From contig OZ246001.1 in assembly GCA_965230295.1 (NCBI GenBank), positions 3,392,001-3,456,000 on the forward strand: a DNA stretch of 64,000 nucleotides, in the 5' to 3' direction. This document shows, piece after piece, positions 20,677 to 33,754 of the stretch. This DNA comes from Marinicella sp. (GTDB lineage: Bacteria > Pseudomonadota > Gammaproteobacteria > Xanthomonadales > Marinicellaceae). The first letter of the stretch is position 1. Every line of letters begins with the position of its first letter. The notes beneath the pieces are model-generated. The model made no database searches, was not told where the DNA came from, and was given only the letters and a program-made list of their open reading frames with translations. Made by a program: the position numbers and the translations under genes.

Positions 20677-21786
20677 ATGGGAATCTGGGATAAATTATTC
20701 GGTGAATTGGTAGACGTGATTGAGTGGACAGATGACACACAACACACTTTGGTCTATCGATTCCCACGTTATGGAAATGAAATTAAAAACGGTGCTATGT
20801 TAACAGTTCGTGAAGGCCAAATGGCGGTTTTGGTTAATGAGGGAGAAGTGGCCGATGTATTTGAGCCTGGCTTGTATGAACTCAGTACCGCGAACATCCC
20901 CATTTTGTCGTCTTTACAAGGTTGGAAACATGGTTTTGAAAGTCCATTCAAAGCAGAAGTTTATTTCTTCAACACCAAAGTTTTTACTGACATGAAATGG
21001 GGGCTTAGAAACCCATTGATTTTGCGTGATCGAGAATTTGGGGTGATCAGAATCAGGGCCTTTGGGAGTTATGCTTTTCGCATCAACGATCCCCATAAAA
21101 TGATGTCTGAAATAGTGGGCACTGATGGCCATTTCGTCTTAGAGGAGATCATAGGTCAGTTGAAGAACCTGGTGGTGACTGGGTTTGCTAAAGTACTGAG
21201 TGAATCGGGTGTTCCAGTCTTGGATTTGGCGGCCAGTTATGATGACCTCGGTCAGTTTTTGACCAGTCAAATTCAACCGATGTTCAATGAATATGGGCTC
21301 AAACTAGAAACCATGTTGGTCGAAAATGTTTCCGTTCCAGAATCTGTTGAAAAAGCGCTGGATGAACGTGCCAGTTCCATTGCTGTGGGTGATTTGAATC
21401 GATTCACACGTTATCAACAAGCGCAATCAATGCGGGATGCAGCTAACAATCAATCCGGCGCAGCAGGCGGTGGAATGGCCATGGGCATGGGGTTTGGAAT
21501 GGCACAATCTTTTGGTCAAGCATTGGCTAAGGGTGATGACACTGACCCCTTGCAACCACCTCCTACGCCACAACAAGTTAAAGAGGTTAAACATTATTTT
21601 GTCATTGTTGATGGTAAACGGGTTGGGCCCATTAATTTAGCTGCGGTGGCAGAAATGGTGGCCCATGATCAAATCAATGCTGATACCCTGATGTGGACTG
21701 CTGGTTTGAATGATTGGACTGCGGCAGAGGGTATGTCAGAGGTGCAACAACTGCTCAACAACCAACCACCAAAAATGCCTGAGTAG
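20677..21786 (+). CDS. SPFH-domain protein (YdjI-like) with C-terminal GYF_2 domain
   Basis: LTVREGQ, PFKAEVYF and RAFGSY motifs; C-terminal RVGP...TLMWTAGLNDW. Confidence 0.85.
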   Translation: MGIWDKLFGELVDVIEWTDDTQHTLVYRFPRYGNEIKNGAMLTVREGQMAVLVNEGEVADVFEPGLYELSTANIPILSSLQGWKHGFESPFKAEVYFFNTKVFTDMKWGLRNPLILRDREFGVIRIRAFGSYAFRINDPHKMMSEIVGTDGHFVLEEIIGQLKNLVVTGFAKVLSESGVPVLDLAASYDDLGQFLTSQIQPMFNEYGLKLETMLVENVSVPESVEKALDERASSIAVGDLNRFTRYQQAQSMRDAANNQSGAAGGGMAMGMGFGMAQSFGQALAKGDDTDPLQPPPTPQQVKEVKHYFVIVDGKRVGPINLAAVAEMVAHDQINADTLMWTAGLNDWTAAEGMSEVQQLLNNQPPKMPE

Positions 21787-21800
21787 TCACTCAACCCAAC

Positions 21801-22886
21801 ATGATTTCTTACACACACTTTAAATGTAACCAGTGTGGTTCTGACTTGGACTATGCCATTGGCTTGCACTCTTTAAAATGTGTCAGCTGTGGTGAAGTGG
21901 ATCCCATAGAAGCATCACCTTTGGACATGTATTTGGCCCATGATTACAAATCTGCCATCAGTGATCTCAGCTACTTTGATCCCAAAACAGTCAGTCATGA
22001 ACTGAATTGTGAAAACTGTGGCGCCAATTTCATGTTGCCGACCAATGTGCATGCTGAGGAATGTCCTTATTGTGATTTGAATGTTGTGGTACCAGTGGAG
22101 TTATCAAGAAAGCTGAAACCAGATGGGGTGATTCCATTCGAAATAAAGCAACATCAGGCAGAAGCCTCATTCAAAAAGTGGATCAGTGGATTGTGGTTTG
22201 CTCCCAATGCCTTGAAAAGGAAAGCCATCCAAGCACAATCCATTGTGGGTTCATACATGCCGATGTGGGCCTTTGATGCAGAGGTAGACAGTCGTTATAC
22301 CGGAGAACGTGGTGATAATTATCACACGACTGTTCGTGTTCCTACCCAGGTGAATGGAAAAACAGTCATGAAAACCAGAACTGTGGTAAAAATAAAATGG
22401 CGGTATCGTTCAGGGCAAGTCCACAACAGCTTTGATGATGTGATGACCCTGGGTAGCACCACCTTACCAGTTAAATTTCAGCGTTTTTTATCCGATTGGG
22501 ATTTATATAAAACACAGAACTACAATGAAAAATACCTCAGTGGATTCAGGTCTGAGCTCTATCAAATTGGTTTGCCCGAAGCGTTTAAAATGGCCAAAGA
22601 TGTCATGCAATTCACCATCAGGGCCACCGTCAGACATGACATCGGAGGTGATCATCAAAGGATTCACCAGGTTGATTCGACCTATCGACAAGTCGGGTTT
22701 AAATTGTTGCTGGCCCCAATGTGGATTTCAGCGTTTAACTTCAACAAGAAATCTTACCGTTATGTGATCAATGGACAAAATGGCAAAGCACATGGTGAAC
22801 GACCTTACAGTATTTTCAAAATAGTTGGCTTTGCGTTGACCGTGATTTCTGTGGTTGGGGTCGGGTTCATGCTTTTTAATCGATGA
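21801..22886 (+). CDS. Zinc-ribbon membrane protein (YdjG-like)
   Basis: Four CxxC pairs, PDGVIPF, INGQNGKAHGERP and a C-terminal TM; adjacent to the SPFH gene. Confidence 0.75.
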   Translation: MISYTHFKCNQCGSDLDYAIGLHSLKCVSCGEVDPIEASPLDMYLAHDYKSAISDLSYFDPKTVSHELNCENCGANFMLPTNVHAEECPYCDLNVVVPVELSRKLKPDGVIPFEIKQHQAEASFKKWISGLWFAPNALKRKAIQAQSIVGSYMPMWAFDAEVDSRYTGERGDNYHTTVRVPTQVNGKTVMKTRTVVKIKWRYRSGQVHNSFDDVMTLGSTTLPVKFQRFLSDWDLYKTQNYNEKYLSGFRSELYQIGLPEAFKMAKDVMQFTIRATVRHDIGGDHQRIHQVDSTYRQVGFKLLLAPMWISAFNFNKKSYRYVINGQNGKAHGERPYSIFKIVGFALTVISVVGVGFMLFNR

Positions 22887-23041
22887 TTCTGTGGTCTCAG
22901 TCAATCAAGCCGGATTGATATGAACAATAAAATCTATAGGAATACTGAAAATGATGGCTTAAATGCGATAGACAAGACCTTCAACAAGCATTAAACTTAG
23001 CATATGTTCAATAACGATCAAGGTGTTTAAAAAAAACCTTA

Positions 23042-23887
23042 ATGACAGAAGACCAGAGTAGGAAAGATTCTGATCAGGATAATCAGAAGTCATGGTTAAG
23101 CAAATTAGCCAATCTTTTTACGGATGAACCACAAAATCGCGACGACCTCATTCATATATTACATGAAGCTTATAACAACCATTTGGTTGATATTGATGCT
23201 TTGAATATGATGAAAGGTGCCTTAAAAGTATCAGAGTTACAAGTTCGTCAAGTGATGGTTCCCAGGGCCCAAATGGTCGTGATTCCACAAACATCAGACA
23301 TTGAGGATGTTTTGCCCATCATCGTTGAGTCAGGACACTCCCGATTTCCAGTCGTTGGAGAAGATAAAGATGAACTGGAAGGCATTTTATTGGCCAAAGA
23401 TGTATTGAAGTCATTTGTAAAAGATGAAGATGATTTTAATTTACGGCAAATCATTCGACCCGCAGTGGTGATTCCAGAATCAAAACAGGTCAATATCCTT
23501 TTGAATGAATTCAGAACGACACGCAATCACATGGCCATCATCATTGATGAATATGGTGGTGTTGCTGGTTTGGTGACCATTGAAGACATTTTGGAAGAAA
23601 TTGTCGGTGAAATTGATGATGAATACGATGATCAAGAAGATCCATATGTGATGAACGTGAGTGACCAGCTATACCGCATCAATGCCTTGACCACCATTAC
23701 AGAGTTCAACGAGCAATTCAAGTTTGATTTTGATGACACCGAATATGACACCATTGGCGGATTGGTTGCCAGTGAAGCAGGGCGGTTACCAGAAACCGGT
23801 GAGTTGATTGAAGTGGCTGATCTGACATTCAAGGTGATCAAAGCAGACAAACGCCGCATTGAATTCGTTGAAGTAGACTTAAGTTAG
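23042..23887 (+). CDS. corC: Mg/Co efflux-associated CBS protein CorC
   Basis: ESGHSRFPV, DEYGGVAGLVTIEDILEEIVGEI and DTIGG motifs. Confidence 0.9.
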   Translation: MTEDQSRKDSDQDNQKSWLSKLANLFTDEPQNRDDLIHILHEAYNNHLVDIDALNMMKGALKVSELQVRQVMVPRAQMVVIPQTSDIEDVLPIIVESGHSRFPVVGEDKDELEGILLAKDVLKSFVKDEDDFNLRQIIRPAVVIPESKQVNILLNEFRTTRNHMAIIIDEYGGVAGLVTIEDILEEIVGEIDDEYDDQEDPYVMNVSDQLYRINALTTITEFNEQFKFDFDDTEYDTIGGLVASEAGRLPETGELIEVADLTFKVIKADKRRIEFVEVDLS

Positions 23888-23888
23888 T

Positions 23889-24950
23889 TTGAAACGTCTG
23901 TTGATATCAGTCTTTCTGGTTTTTGTTGGCTTTTCAAGTGCAGCCAAAACCGTGCGATTGATCACCATTGGGCCGGGCGATGCTTTTTGGTCAGCTTTTG
24001 GTCATACGGCCATCGCCATTGACGACGAAGTTTATGGTTTTGGTTATTTCAGTTTTGATCTTGATATCATTAAATCCTTCGTTTCAAACAGCATGATGTA
24101 TGAACTGGGTGTCAGCGAAATCAATTATGAAGCCAATCTGGCTGAGCAGCAAAACAGAACTTTCAGTTATATTGATCTTGAATTGAGTGAAGAACAAACC
24201 AGTCAACTGGCTGATTTTCTTGACTGGCATTATTTGCCAGAAAACCAAACTTACCGTTACGATTACTTCTTGAATAATTGTTCAACCAAAATTCGTGATT
24301 TACTGATTTTGGCATGGCCCAATGATTTCGAGCAAAACAGTCAGGAATTAACTGACAGCAGTTATTTCGAACAAACCTTTCCAGCCAAACACCAAGGGTT
24401 GATGAACTTAGGATTGGCTGTGGGTTATGGGTGGGAAGCTTACCAGCAAAGAAACCATTGGGAGTTGATGGCTTTTCCGGTTTATCTTGAACAACAAGTG
24501 GTGAAAATGGCCGCTGAAAAAACAACACACCGCCAGGTTGTGTATGAAACCATACCGAGTCGCTCAATGGAATACCTGATTAAAACCCATTGGGCATTGA
24601 TTGCCTATGTGTTGTTTTGGATCTTGATCCTCATGCCCAGGTCGAATCAAGTGGCCACCAAAAGCTGGTTTATTTGGCACGGCTTGATAGGTTGGGGTTT
24701 GATGGGATTGTGGTTTCTGACGCCACATTCGGCGGCGGACTGGAATGTCAATGTGTTGTTGTTTTCACCCTTTGGGTTATTTATTTTGTTTTCAGAGAAA
24801 AGCAAGCACTTTATATACCCTGGCTGGGTGTTGTGGCTGCTGTTCAGTGTCTACCTCAATGCATGGTATTTAATTCCCATGCTACTGCCTGCTTTTATGG
24901 CCATGCGCAACTTAAGTGCTGATAGGCAATCTACAGTTAAGGCTCAATGA
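23889..24950 (+). CDS. DUF4105 / Lnb-type lipoprotein N-acyltransferase-like membrane protein
   Basis: LITIGPG, FGHTAI and YRYDYFLNNCSTKIRD motifs; C-terminal TM bundle; TTG start 2 nt after corC stop. Confidence 0.75.
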   Translation: MKRLLISVFLVFVGFSSAAKTVRLITIGPGDAFWSAFGHTAIAIDDEVYGFGYFSFDLDIIKSFVSNSMMYELGVSEINYEANLAEQQNRTFSYIDLELSEEQTSQLADFLDWHYLPENQTYRYDYFLNNCSTKIRDLLILAWPNDFEQNSQELTDSSYFEQTFPAKHQGLMNLGLAVGYGWEAYQQRNHWELMAFPVYLEQQVVKMAAEKTTHRQVVYETIPSRSMEYLIKTHWALIAYVLFWILILMPRSNQVATKSWFIWHGLIGWGLMGLWFLTPHSAADWNVNVLLFSPFGLFILFSEKSKHFIYPGWVLWLLFSVYLNAWYLIPMLLPAFMAMRNLSADRQSTVKAQ

Positions 24951-25524
24951 ATTTAACCTGGCCTTTACTGACATTTTGTAATGATACTTTGAATGGCTTC
25001 AACTCTTTAACAGGTAAGCTAACTTCACACTGCATACCTGACACATTGAAGTCCTGATTGTTGGCTTTGCCACCGAAGTCTTCTGCCACTTTAAACAATT
25101 GCTGGCTGTACTCAAAAGGTATTTGTATCAGTAATGTAGCCAACGGAACATGTTCTTTAAAGGGGGCATTCTGTAGGTTTTTAGCGATGGTTCCACCATA
25201 GGCCCTGGCCAAACCGCCGGTGCCTAATTTAATACCGCCATAATAGCGAATAACGAGTGCACCAATGTAATCGAAACCAGCACCGTCTATGGCAGCGAGT
25301 ATTGGTTTTCCAGCAGTGCCTGAAGGTTCACCGTCATCATTGAACCGGTATTCATTACCTATGCGGTAAGCCCAACAGTTATGAGTGGCAGTTAAATCCT
25401 GGTGTTCTGTCAGGGAATGAAAAAAATCTTCTGGTGTTTCTATGTGAAAACAAACACCAATGAAAGTACTTTTTTTGATCAGTTCTTCATTGGTGTTGTT
25501 GGCAGTGATGACTTTAGAGGTCAA
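24937..25524 (-). CDS. IMPACT/YigZ family protein
   Basis: IKKSTF, ATHNCWAY, DDGEPSGTAG and RYYGGIKLGTGGL motifs; TTG 25524 chosen to avoid a long overlap. Confidence 0.88.
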   Translation of the reverse strand: MTSKVITANNTNEELIKKSTFIGVCFHIETPEDFFHSLTEHQDLTATHNCWAYRIGNEYRFNDDGEPSGTAGKPILAAIDGAGFDYIGALVIRYYGGIKLGTGGLARAYGGTIAKNLQNAPFKEHVPLATLLIQIPFEYSQQLFKVAEDFGGKANNQDFNVSGMQCEVSLPVKELKPFKVSLQNVSKGQVKFIEP

Positions 25525-25948
25525 GATACTCAGATGGTATGGCAGTATTCGGGAATGCTTTGTCCATGAAAGCCACAATTCTCTTAACCATGTCCGTGTT
25601 ACCGTCCTTGCCAAATTTTTCCAGCGCCTTTAATGCTTGATCAGCTGTTTGGTATCGCATGGCTAATTGCATGTTGCTGCGGGCCACTTCTTTCAATGCC
25701 TTCTTGTCTTCTTCTGTAGGCATCAAAAATGGTTCGGGTGGAACGGTATCTTCTTTGGCCTGGGTTGTGGCCATGACTTCAGCTGGTTTGGTCTCAACAG
25801 CAGGTTGAACTTCTGTGACCACTGCAGCCGGCTCAGTAACTGTTTCGGCTTCATTTGCACCAAAAAACTTCCATCCCAAAGCCGCTGCAAACAAAACGCC
25901 TGCAATGATTAAAAATGGCACCAGCACTGATTTTGATTGGGTAGACAT
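25514..25948 (-). CDS. Hypothetical membrane-anchored protein
   Basis: GAGGA RBS, N-terminal TM and a Thr/Glu/Pro-rich linker. Confidence 0.65.
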   Translation of the reverse strand: MSTQSKSVLVPFLIIAGVLFAAALGWKFFGANEAETVTEPAAVVTEVQPAVETKPAEVMATTQAKEDTVPPEPFLMPTEEDKKALKEVARSNMQLAMRYQTADQALKALEKFGKDGNTDMVKRIVAFMDKAFPNTAIPSEYLDL

Positions 25949-25994
25949 ATATAAATCCTCAATAGTAAATTATGATTTGCTGCGATTAGATTGT

Positions 25995-28847
<2,853 letters not shown>

Positions 28848-28890
28848 ATATTATCTTTCAAGTAGCACCACATAAGAGGCTTACATAAAC

Positions 28891-30441
28891 ATGGACATCA
28901 AACACAGCAAAATCCTGATCCTGGATTATGGATCACAGTACACACAGTTAATTGCTCGCAGGGTCAGGGAACTCAATGTGTATTGTGAAATATATGCATG
29001 GGATGCAGGCACCGACGCCATCAAAGCATTTGATCCTCAGGGCATCATTTTATCGGGCGGTCCTGAATCAGTGCACATGGAGGACGCCCCTACATTGAAT
29101 GAAGTGGTTTTGGAATTGGATGTGCCTGTGTTGGGTGTTTGCTATGGCATGCAATTACTCAATCAATATTATGGCGGAGAAGTCGAAGGTTCCGAAGAGA
29201 AAGAATTTGGTTATGCCCAAGTCAACATGACAGGGGAATCAATACTGTTTGACCGGATCGACAAACAACAATTGGATGTGTGGATGAGCCATGGTGATAA
29301 AGTCAAATCACTGGCATCTGTTTTTCATTCCATTGCCCACACCAGTTCCACCCCTTATGCCGCTTGCGAACACAAGGATTTACCCGTTTACGGGGTCCAG
29401 TTTCATCCAGAAGTTGAGCACACAGCTGACGGCAGAGAGATCTTGGGGCAGTTCGTCCACCACATTTGTGGTTGTGAAGAGTTGTGGAGCACCGATAACA
29501 TCATCGACACCCATGTTGACAACATCCGTGCATTGGTGGGTGATGAAAAAGTGCTGTTGGGATTGTCTGGTGGTGTGGACTCTTCAGTGGTGGCAGCCTT
29601 GATGCACAAAGCCATTGGTCAACAGTTGGTTTGTGTGTTTGTGGATACTGGTTTGTTGCGTTTTCAGGAAGGCGATCAAGTGATGCAAACCATGGCGGAA
29701 AAAATGGACATCAATGTCATCCGTGTCAATGCACAAGAGCGCTATTTCAAAGCGCTGGCAGGTGAAACAGACCCCGAACGTAAACGCAAGATCATTGGCG
29801 AGTTGTTCATTCGTATATTTGAACAGCAAGCCAAAGAATTGGATGACATCAAATGGTTGGCCCAAGGGACCATTTACCCGGATGTGATTGAATCTGCCGC
29901 ATCCAGTACCGGGAAAGCCCATGTGATTAAATCACATCACAATGTAGGCGGCTTGCCGGATGACTTGGCTTTAAAGTTGATCGAACCATTAAAAGACTTG
30001 TTCAAGGATGAAGTGCGTAAACTGGGGGTCAATCTCGGCTTGGCTCCAGAAATGGTTTACCGACACCCATTCCCGGGTCCTGGGCTGGGTGTTCGTATCT
30101 TGGGTGAAGTCAAGGCAGAATACGCTGAAACATTGGCCAAAGCTGATCACATTTTTATCGAAGAGTTGCGTCAACATGGGCTGTATGACAAAACCAGCCA
30201 AGCATTTGCAGTATTTTTACCCGTCAAGTCTGTTGGAGTGGTGGGAGATGCCAGACGATATGAATACGTCATTGCCTTACGTGCAGTGGAAACCATCGAT
30301 TTCATGACTGCCCGGTGGGCACACCTACCCTATGAGTTTATCGACTTGGTTTCTCGTAGGATAATCAATGAGATAGATAAGGTATCTCGAGTAGTTTATG
30401 ATGTTTCTAGCAAGCCACCTGCGACCATTGAATGGGAATAG
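28891..30441 (+). CDS. guaA: GMP synthase (glutamine-hydrolysing)
   Basis: GVCYGMQ, QFHPEV, SGGVDS and KPPATIEWE motifs. Confidence 0.97.
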   Translation: MDIKHSKILILDYGSQYTQLIARRVRELNVYCEIYAWDAGTDAIKAFDPQGIILSGGPESVHMEDAPTLNEVVLELDVPVLGVCYGMQLLNQYYGGEVEGSEEKEFGYAQVNMTGESILFDRIDKQQLDVWMSHGDKVKSLASVFHSIAHTSSTPYAACEHKDLPVYGVQFHPEVEHTADGREILGQFVHHICGCEELWSTDNIIDTHVDNIRALVGDEKVLLGLSGGVDSSVVAALMHKAIGQQLVCVFVDTGLLRFQEGDQVMQTMAEKMDINVIRVNAQERYFKALAGETDPERKRKIIGELFIRIFEQQAKELDDIKWLAQGTIYPDVIESAASSTGKAHVIKSHHNVGGLPDDLALKLIEPLKDLFKDEVRKLGVNLGLAPEMVYRHPFPGPGLGVRILGEVKAEYAETLAKADHIFIEELRQHGLYDKTSQAFAVFLPVKSVGVVGDARRYEYVIALRAVETIDFMTARWAHLPYEFIDLVSRRIINEIDKVSRVVYDVSSKPPATIEWE

Positions 30442-30923
30442 AACCCATTTCTAGAGATGAGTCTTACATGGAGCTGGCCTTGGCCCAGGCTCGAATGGCT
30501 GCAGCGGCTGGTGAAGTACCTGTGGGTGCTGTGGTGGTTTTGAATGAAGAAGTCATTGCGGCCGCTCATAACCAAGTCATTTCTCAAAATAACCCGACTG
30601 CCCATGCTGAAATTTTGGCTTTGCAGCAAGCGGGCCAACAGATTGGTAATTACCGTTTAATCAACTGTGAATTGTTTGTCACCCTAGAACCCTGTACGAT
30701 GTGTGCCGGGGCTTGTGTTCATGGCCGAATCAAACGTCTGGTATATGGAGCAAAGGATCCAAAAACAGGCAGCATTGAAAGTGTTGGTCAGGTATTGGCC
30801 GCACCATACAACAACCATCATGTTGATTCATTAGGGGGGGTCCTGCGAGGGCCATGCAGTCAATTATTAACCCGCTTTTTTGCTGCCAGAAGGGCAGAAC
30901 AGAAAGCCAAAAAACTCAAGTGA
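30432..30923 (+). CDS. tadA: tRNA adenosine(34) deaminase
   Basis: EVPVGAV, TAHAE and TLEPCTMC motifs. Confidence 0.93.
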   Translation: MGIEPISRDESYMELALAQARMAAAAGEVPVGAVVVLNEEVIAAAHNQVISQNNPTAHAEILALQQAGQQIGNYRLINCELFVTLEPCTMCAGACVHGRIKRLVYGAKDPKTGSIESVGQVLAAPYNNHHVDSLGGVLRGPCSQLLTRFFAARRAEQKAKKLK

Positions 30924-31596
30924 TCACAGATTGGGTGTAGACCCAGTAGGTCATGCCATTGTGGATGATGTGAGCAAGCAAAGCAGGCACAACACTGCCT
31001 GAACGTACAGTTATCCATGCATAAATCAAGCCAATAACAAATAAACTGAAGAACGCTGGCCAACTCCAGTGAATCAGCGCAAAGAGCAACGCGCTCAAAC
31101 CAGCAGCCAGCCAAAAATTGAACGATTCATTCATTTTTCTGAACAGCAAGCCCCTGAACACGAACTCTTCAAACACAGGTGCAAAAATCACACTGCTGAG
31201 CAAAACAGATGAATCTGCATAGTTTAGATTAGCCAATCTCCATTGGATAATCTGGGCGTTTATATCGGTGCTAAAAACCATTGAATTCAATAAGTGGTCA
31301 AACCACCAAAACCCCAAGCCAATAATCACTGCATTCAATGCCCAGATGGGGCGAAATTCTAAAATCCCCAAAGTGGTTTTTACTTCGGCTTTGAACAATC
31401 TAATGAGTAACAACAGCCACAAGGTGGATGATGTGAAAAACCACAAAGCAGGGGTGATCTGAGAATCATGTGGGAGATGGGCCATCAGTCCAATAAACAA
31501 AACGGACCAAACAAGCAGACAAACCACCACCCAAATGGTTCGTTGTATTGACAATGACTGATGAATTGGACTTAACTCAGCTGTTAATTTGTTCAA
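30916..31596 (-). CDS. CPBP (CAAX/Abi) intramembrane metalloprotease
   Basis: EEFVFRG, FALIH and HIIHN motifs. Confidence 0.88.
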   Translation of the reverse strand: MNKLTAELSPIHQSLSIQRTIWVVVCLLVWSVLFIGLMAHLPHDSQITPALWFFTSSTLWLLLLIRLFKAEVKTTLGILEFRPIWALNAVIIGLGFWWFDHLLNSMVFSTDINAQIIQWRLANLNYADSSVLLSSVIFAPVFEEFVFRGLLFRKMNESFNFWLAAGLSALLFALIHWSWPAFFSLFVIGLIYAWITVRSGSVVPALLAHIIHNGMTYWVYTQSVIT

Positions 31597-32291
31597 CGAC
31601 TTGAGGCATTGACGTAACTACTGGTGCTGTTATGAGAACGGTTGTTAACTGATGCCGTTCGGTTCAGGGTGCGTTGATATCTTTTGAATAAAATTTTAAC
31701 CCTTCGAACATATTCTTTGGTTTCCGGGAATGGCGGAATGGTGCGTCCATATTTTTCTACGGCGGTTTCTCCTGAATTATAGGCCGCTAAATAGACGTCA
31801 ATGGTGCTGTAAGTATTTTTTAAATGTTTCAAATAAGCTGCGCCGCCATTGATGTTTTGTGCCGGATCGTAGGGATTAGTCACTTGATAAGTTTTTTGTG
31901 TCAATGGCATCAATTGCATCAACCCCTGTGCTCCGGCGGAGGAAACCGCTTTGGGTTTGAAGGCTGATTCGGCATGAATAACCGCTTTGAGCAAAGCTTC
32001 TTGTAATTGATGTTTCTTGGCTGCCGTGGCTATTTCGTGGTTGAATTTGTCTACAATCAAAGGGGTGGTATTCCAGTTGATTGAATTTCTCCAGGCAGCA
32101 CATTCAGGACATCTGACATTCAGAATGGAATAAGATTTTCCAGCAGGCTTTTTTGATGAATAGTGTATAATTCCCTGTTTATCAACATGCTTGTAAACTT
32201 TCAGGTTTTTACTGGCAACCGCCAGATGAGAAAACAGCAACAGTATGACTGTCAAAGTAAAGCATGTAGTTTGAGATCGATCAAATAACAT
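31593..32291 (-). CDS. Lytic transglycosylase (SLT) with DUF4124-like N-terminus
   Basis: AESAF, GAQGLMQLMP, AAYNSG and PPFPET motifs; N-terminal VYKHVDKQGIIHYS. Confidence 0.88.
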   Translation of the reverse strand: MLFDRSQTTCFTLTVILLLFSHLAVASKNLKVYKHVDKQGIIHYSSKKPAGKSYSILNVRCPECAAWRNSINWNTTPLIVDKFNHEIATAAKKHQLQEALLKAVIHAESAFKPKAVSSAGAQGLMQLMPLTQKTYQVTNPYDPAQNINGGAAYLKHLKNTYSTIDVYLAAYNSGETAVEKYGRTIPPFPETKEYVRRVKILFKRYQRTLNRTASVNNRSHNSTSSYVNASSR

Positions 32292-32381
32292 ATATGAGTA
32301 AAAAACAGGTTTATGAAACATCAAATTATAAATAAATCAAAGGCTTTAAACAAACTGATGAAGCCATTTATTAGCCTTGAA

Positions 32382-32765
32382 ATGAAGAAAAAAGCACTAT
32401 TTACGCTTATTTTGGCTGTTTTGACTGTTTTATCAGGCTGTGGTTCACCAGGTGCGACAAAAATTGACGACAACACTTTTTACCAACTAGAAGCTGATGT
32501 GGAGACAGTGGTTAATTCATCGGTGGCAGATGCTGCACCGCTAGAGATCAAAGGCATACAACAAAAACTCCAAATGGCTAAAAAAGCCAAAGCAGATCGT
32601 GACCGCCGGTCAGAAGCACAGTTCACAGAACAAATATATGCAGATATCAAAGTGGCTAAACTTCGGGCAGAGCTCAACATGAAAAACAACACGTTGTTAG
32701 ACAAACGAGACCAGGTTTCATCTGCACAAGTTTATTTATTAGAGTTAGAGGAGCGATTGAAATGA
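32382..32765 (+). CDS. DUF4398-like lipoprotein
   Basis: Lipobox LSGC; helical; directly upstream of an OmpA-family gene. Confidence 0.65.
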   Translation: MKKKALFTLILAVLTVLSGCGSPGATKIDDNTFYQLEADVETVVNSSVADAAPLEIKGIQQKLQMAKKAKADRDRRSEAQFTEQIYADIKVAKLRAELNMKNNTLLDKRDQVSSAQVYLLELEERLK

Positions 32766-33730
32766 AAAAGTTAATCCTCTTACTGGTTATATGTGGTGTT
32801 ACACCATTGAGTTGGGCAGCTAAAAAGAACTTAGAGTTAGAAGCCTTGCGCATCGAATTTGATAATTTCATCACTGAAACCAAGTATAAACCTTATGCCA
32901 AAGCAGAGAAATCTGCGGCCAAAACAGCCATTGAAGCATTGTATAACCAGCGCGGCAAAGTCAAAGAGCATGCTGTTTATATGGCCAGACACCACCTGAC
33001 CATTGCTAAAATGGTGGCGGAATCTCAGTATTTGGATGGCCAAATTCAAACTGAAGATGACCTGATGGATCAGCTCAATATTGAAATTTTGAAGACAGAA
33101 GCCACAGTTGCCAGATTAGAGGCGGATCGAGCCCAATTGTTACTGAGCTTACAGGCAGAGGAAGTCGAAAGAGAGCGCTTAGAAAAACAAAAAGCTTTGG
33201 AGTTGGCTTCGCAAATTGCCAATGAAAAAGAAATGACACAAGCTGAACTGGCAGCGGCCAAAGAATATGCCAAAGCGCAGGAAAAAGTAGCTGAGTTAGC
33301 CAAACAGGAAGCTGACTTGGCCTTTGAAGAAATTGATGCACTGCGCAGACAATTGGAATCCTTGGCTTCACGTGAGACAGCCGATGGATTGGTGATGACT
33401 TTGGGTGATTTTGTGTTTGATTCAGCTTCAGCCAACATCAAGCAAGCGGCAGTTAATAATTTCACCAAAGTACTTGATTTCATTGATGGCTATCCAGACC
33501 GTAACATACGCATAGAAGGGCATACAGATTCATCTGGCAGTGATTCTTTCAACTTGAATTTATCTCAAAAAAGGGCAGATGCCGTGAAAGAACTGCTGGT
33601 TGATTATGGCATCATCTCTTCCAGAATTGAAGCCATTGGAATGGGAGAATCCTTACCAGTAGCCGATAACAATACGGAAGCAGGTAAAGCCAAAAATCGC
33701 CGCGTGGACATCATCATACTGAATAAATAA
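32762..33730 (+). CDS. OmpA-family peptidoglycan-binding protein with coiled coil
   Basis: EGHTDS, NLSQKRA and NRRVDI motifs. Confidence 0.9.
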   Translation: MKKLILLLVICGVTPLSWAAKKNLELEALRIEFDNFITETKYKPYAKAEKSAAKTAIEALYNQRGKVKEHAVYMARHHLTIAKMVAESQYLDGQIQTEDDLMDQLNIEILKTEATVARLEADRAQLLLSLQAEEVERERLEKQKALELASQIANEKEMTQAELAAAKEYAKAQEKVAELAKQEADLAFEEIDALRRQLESLASRETADGLVMTLGDFVFDSASANIKQAAVNNFTKVLDFIDGYPDRNIRIEGHTDSSGSDSFNLNLSQKRADAVKELLVDYGIISSRIEAIGMGESLPVADNNTEAGKAKNRRVDIIILNK

Positions 33731-33754
33731 TAAAACTTACATTTAGGGGCACAC

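Noticed and set aside
21801-22886. Primosomal protein N' / helicase, a label often given to this family
   Set aside because: No Walker or helicase motifs; only zinc ribbons and a TM helix.
30916-31596. Abi-type phage defence gene
   Set aside because: Ordinary CPBP protease motifs with no defence context.
30441-31600. Genomic island integrated at guaA
   Set aside because: No integrase or att duplication; tadA follows directly.
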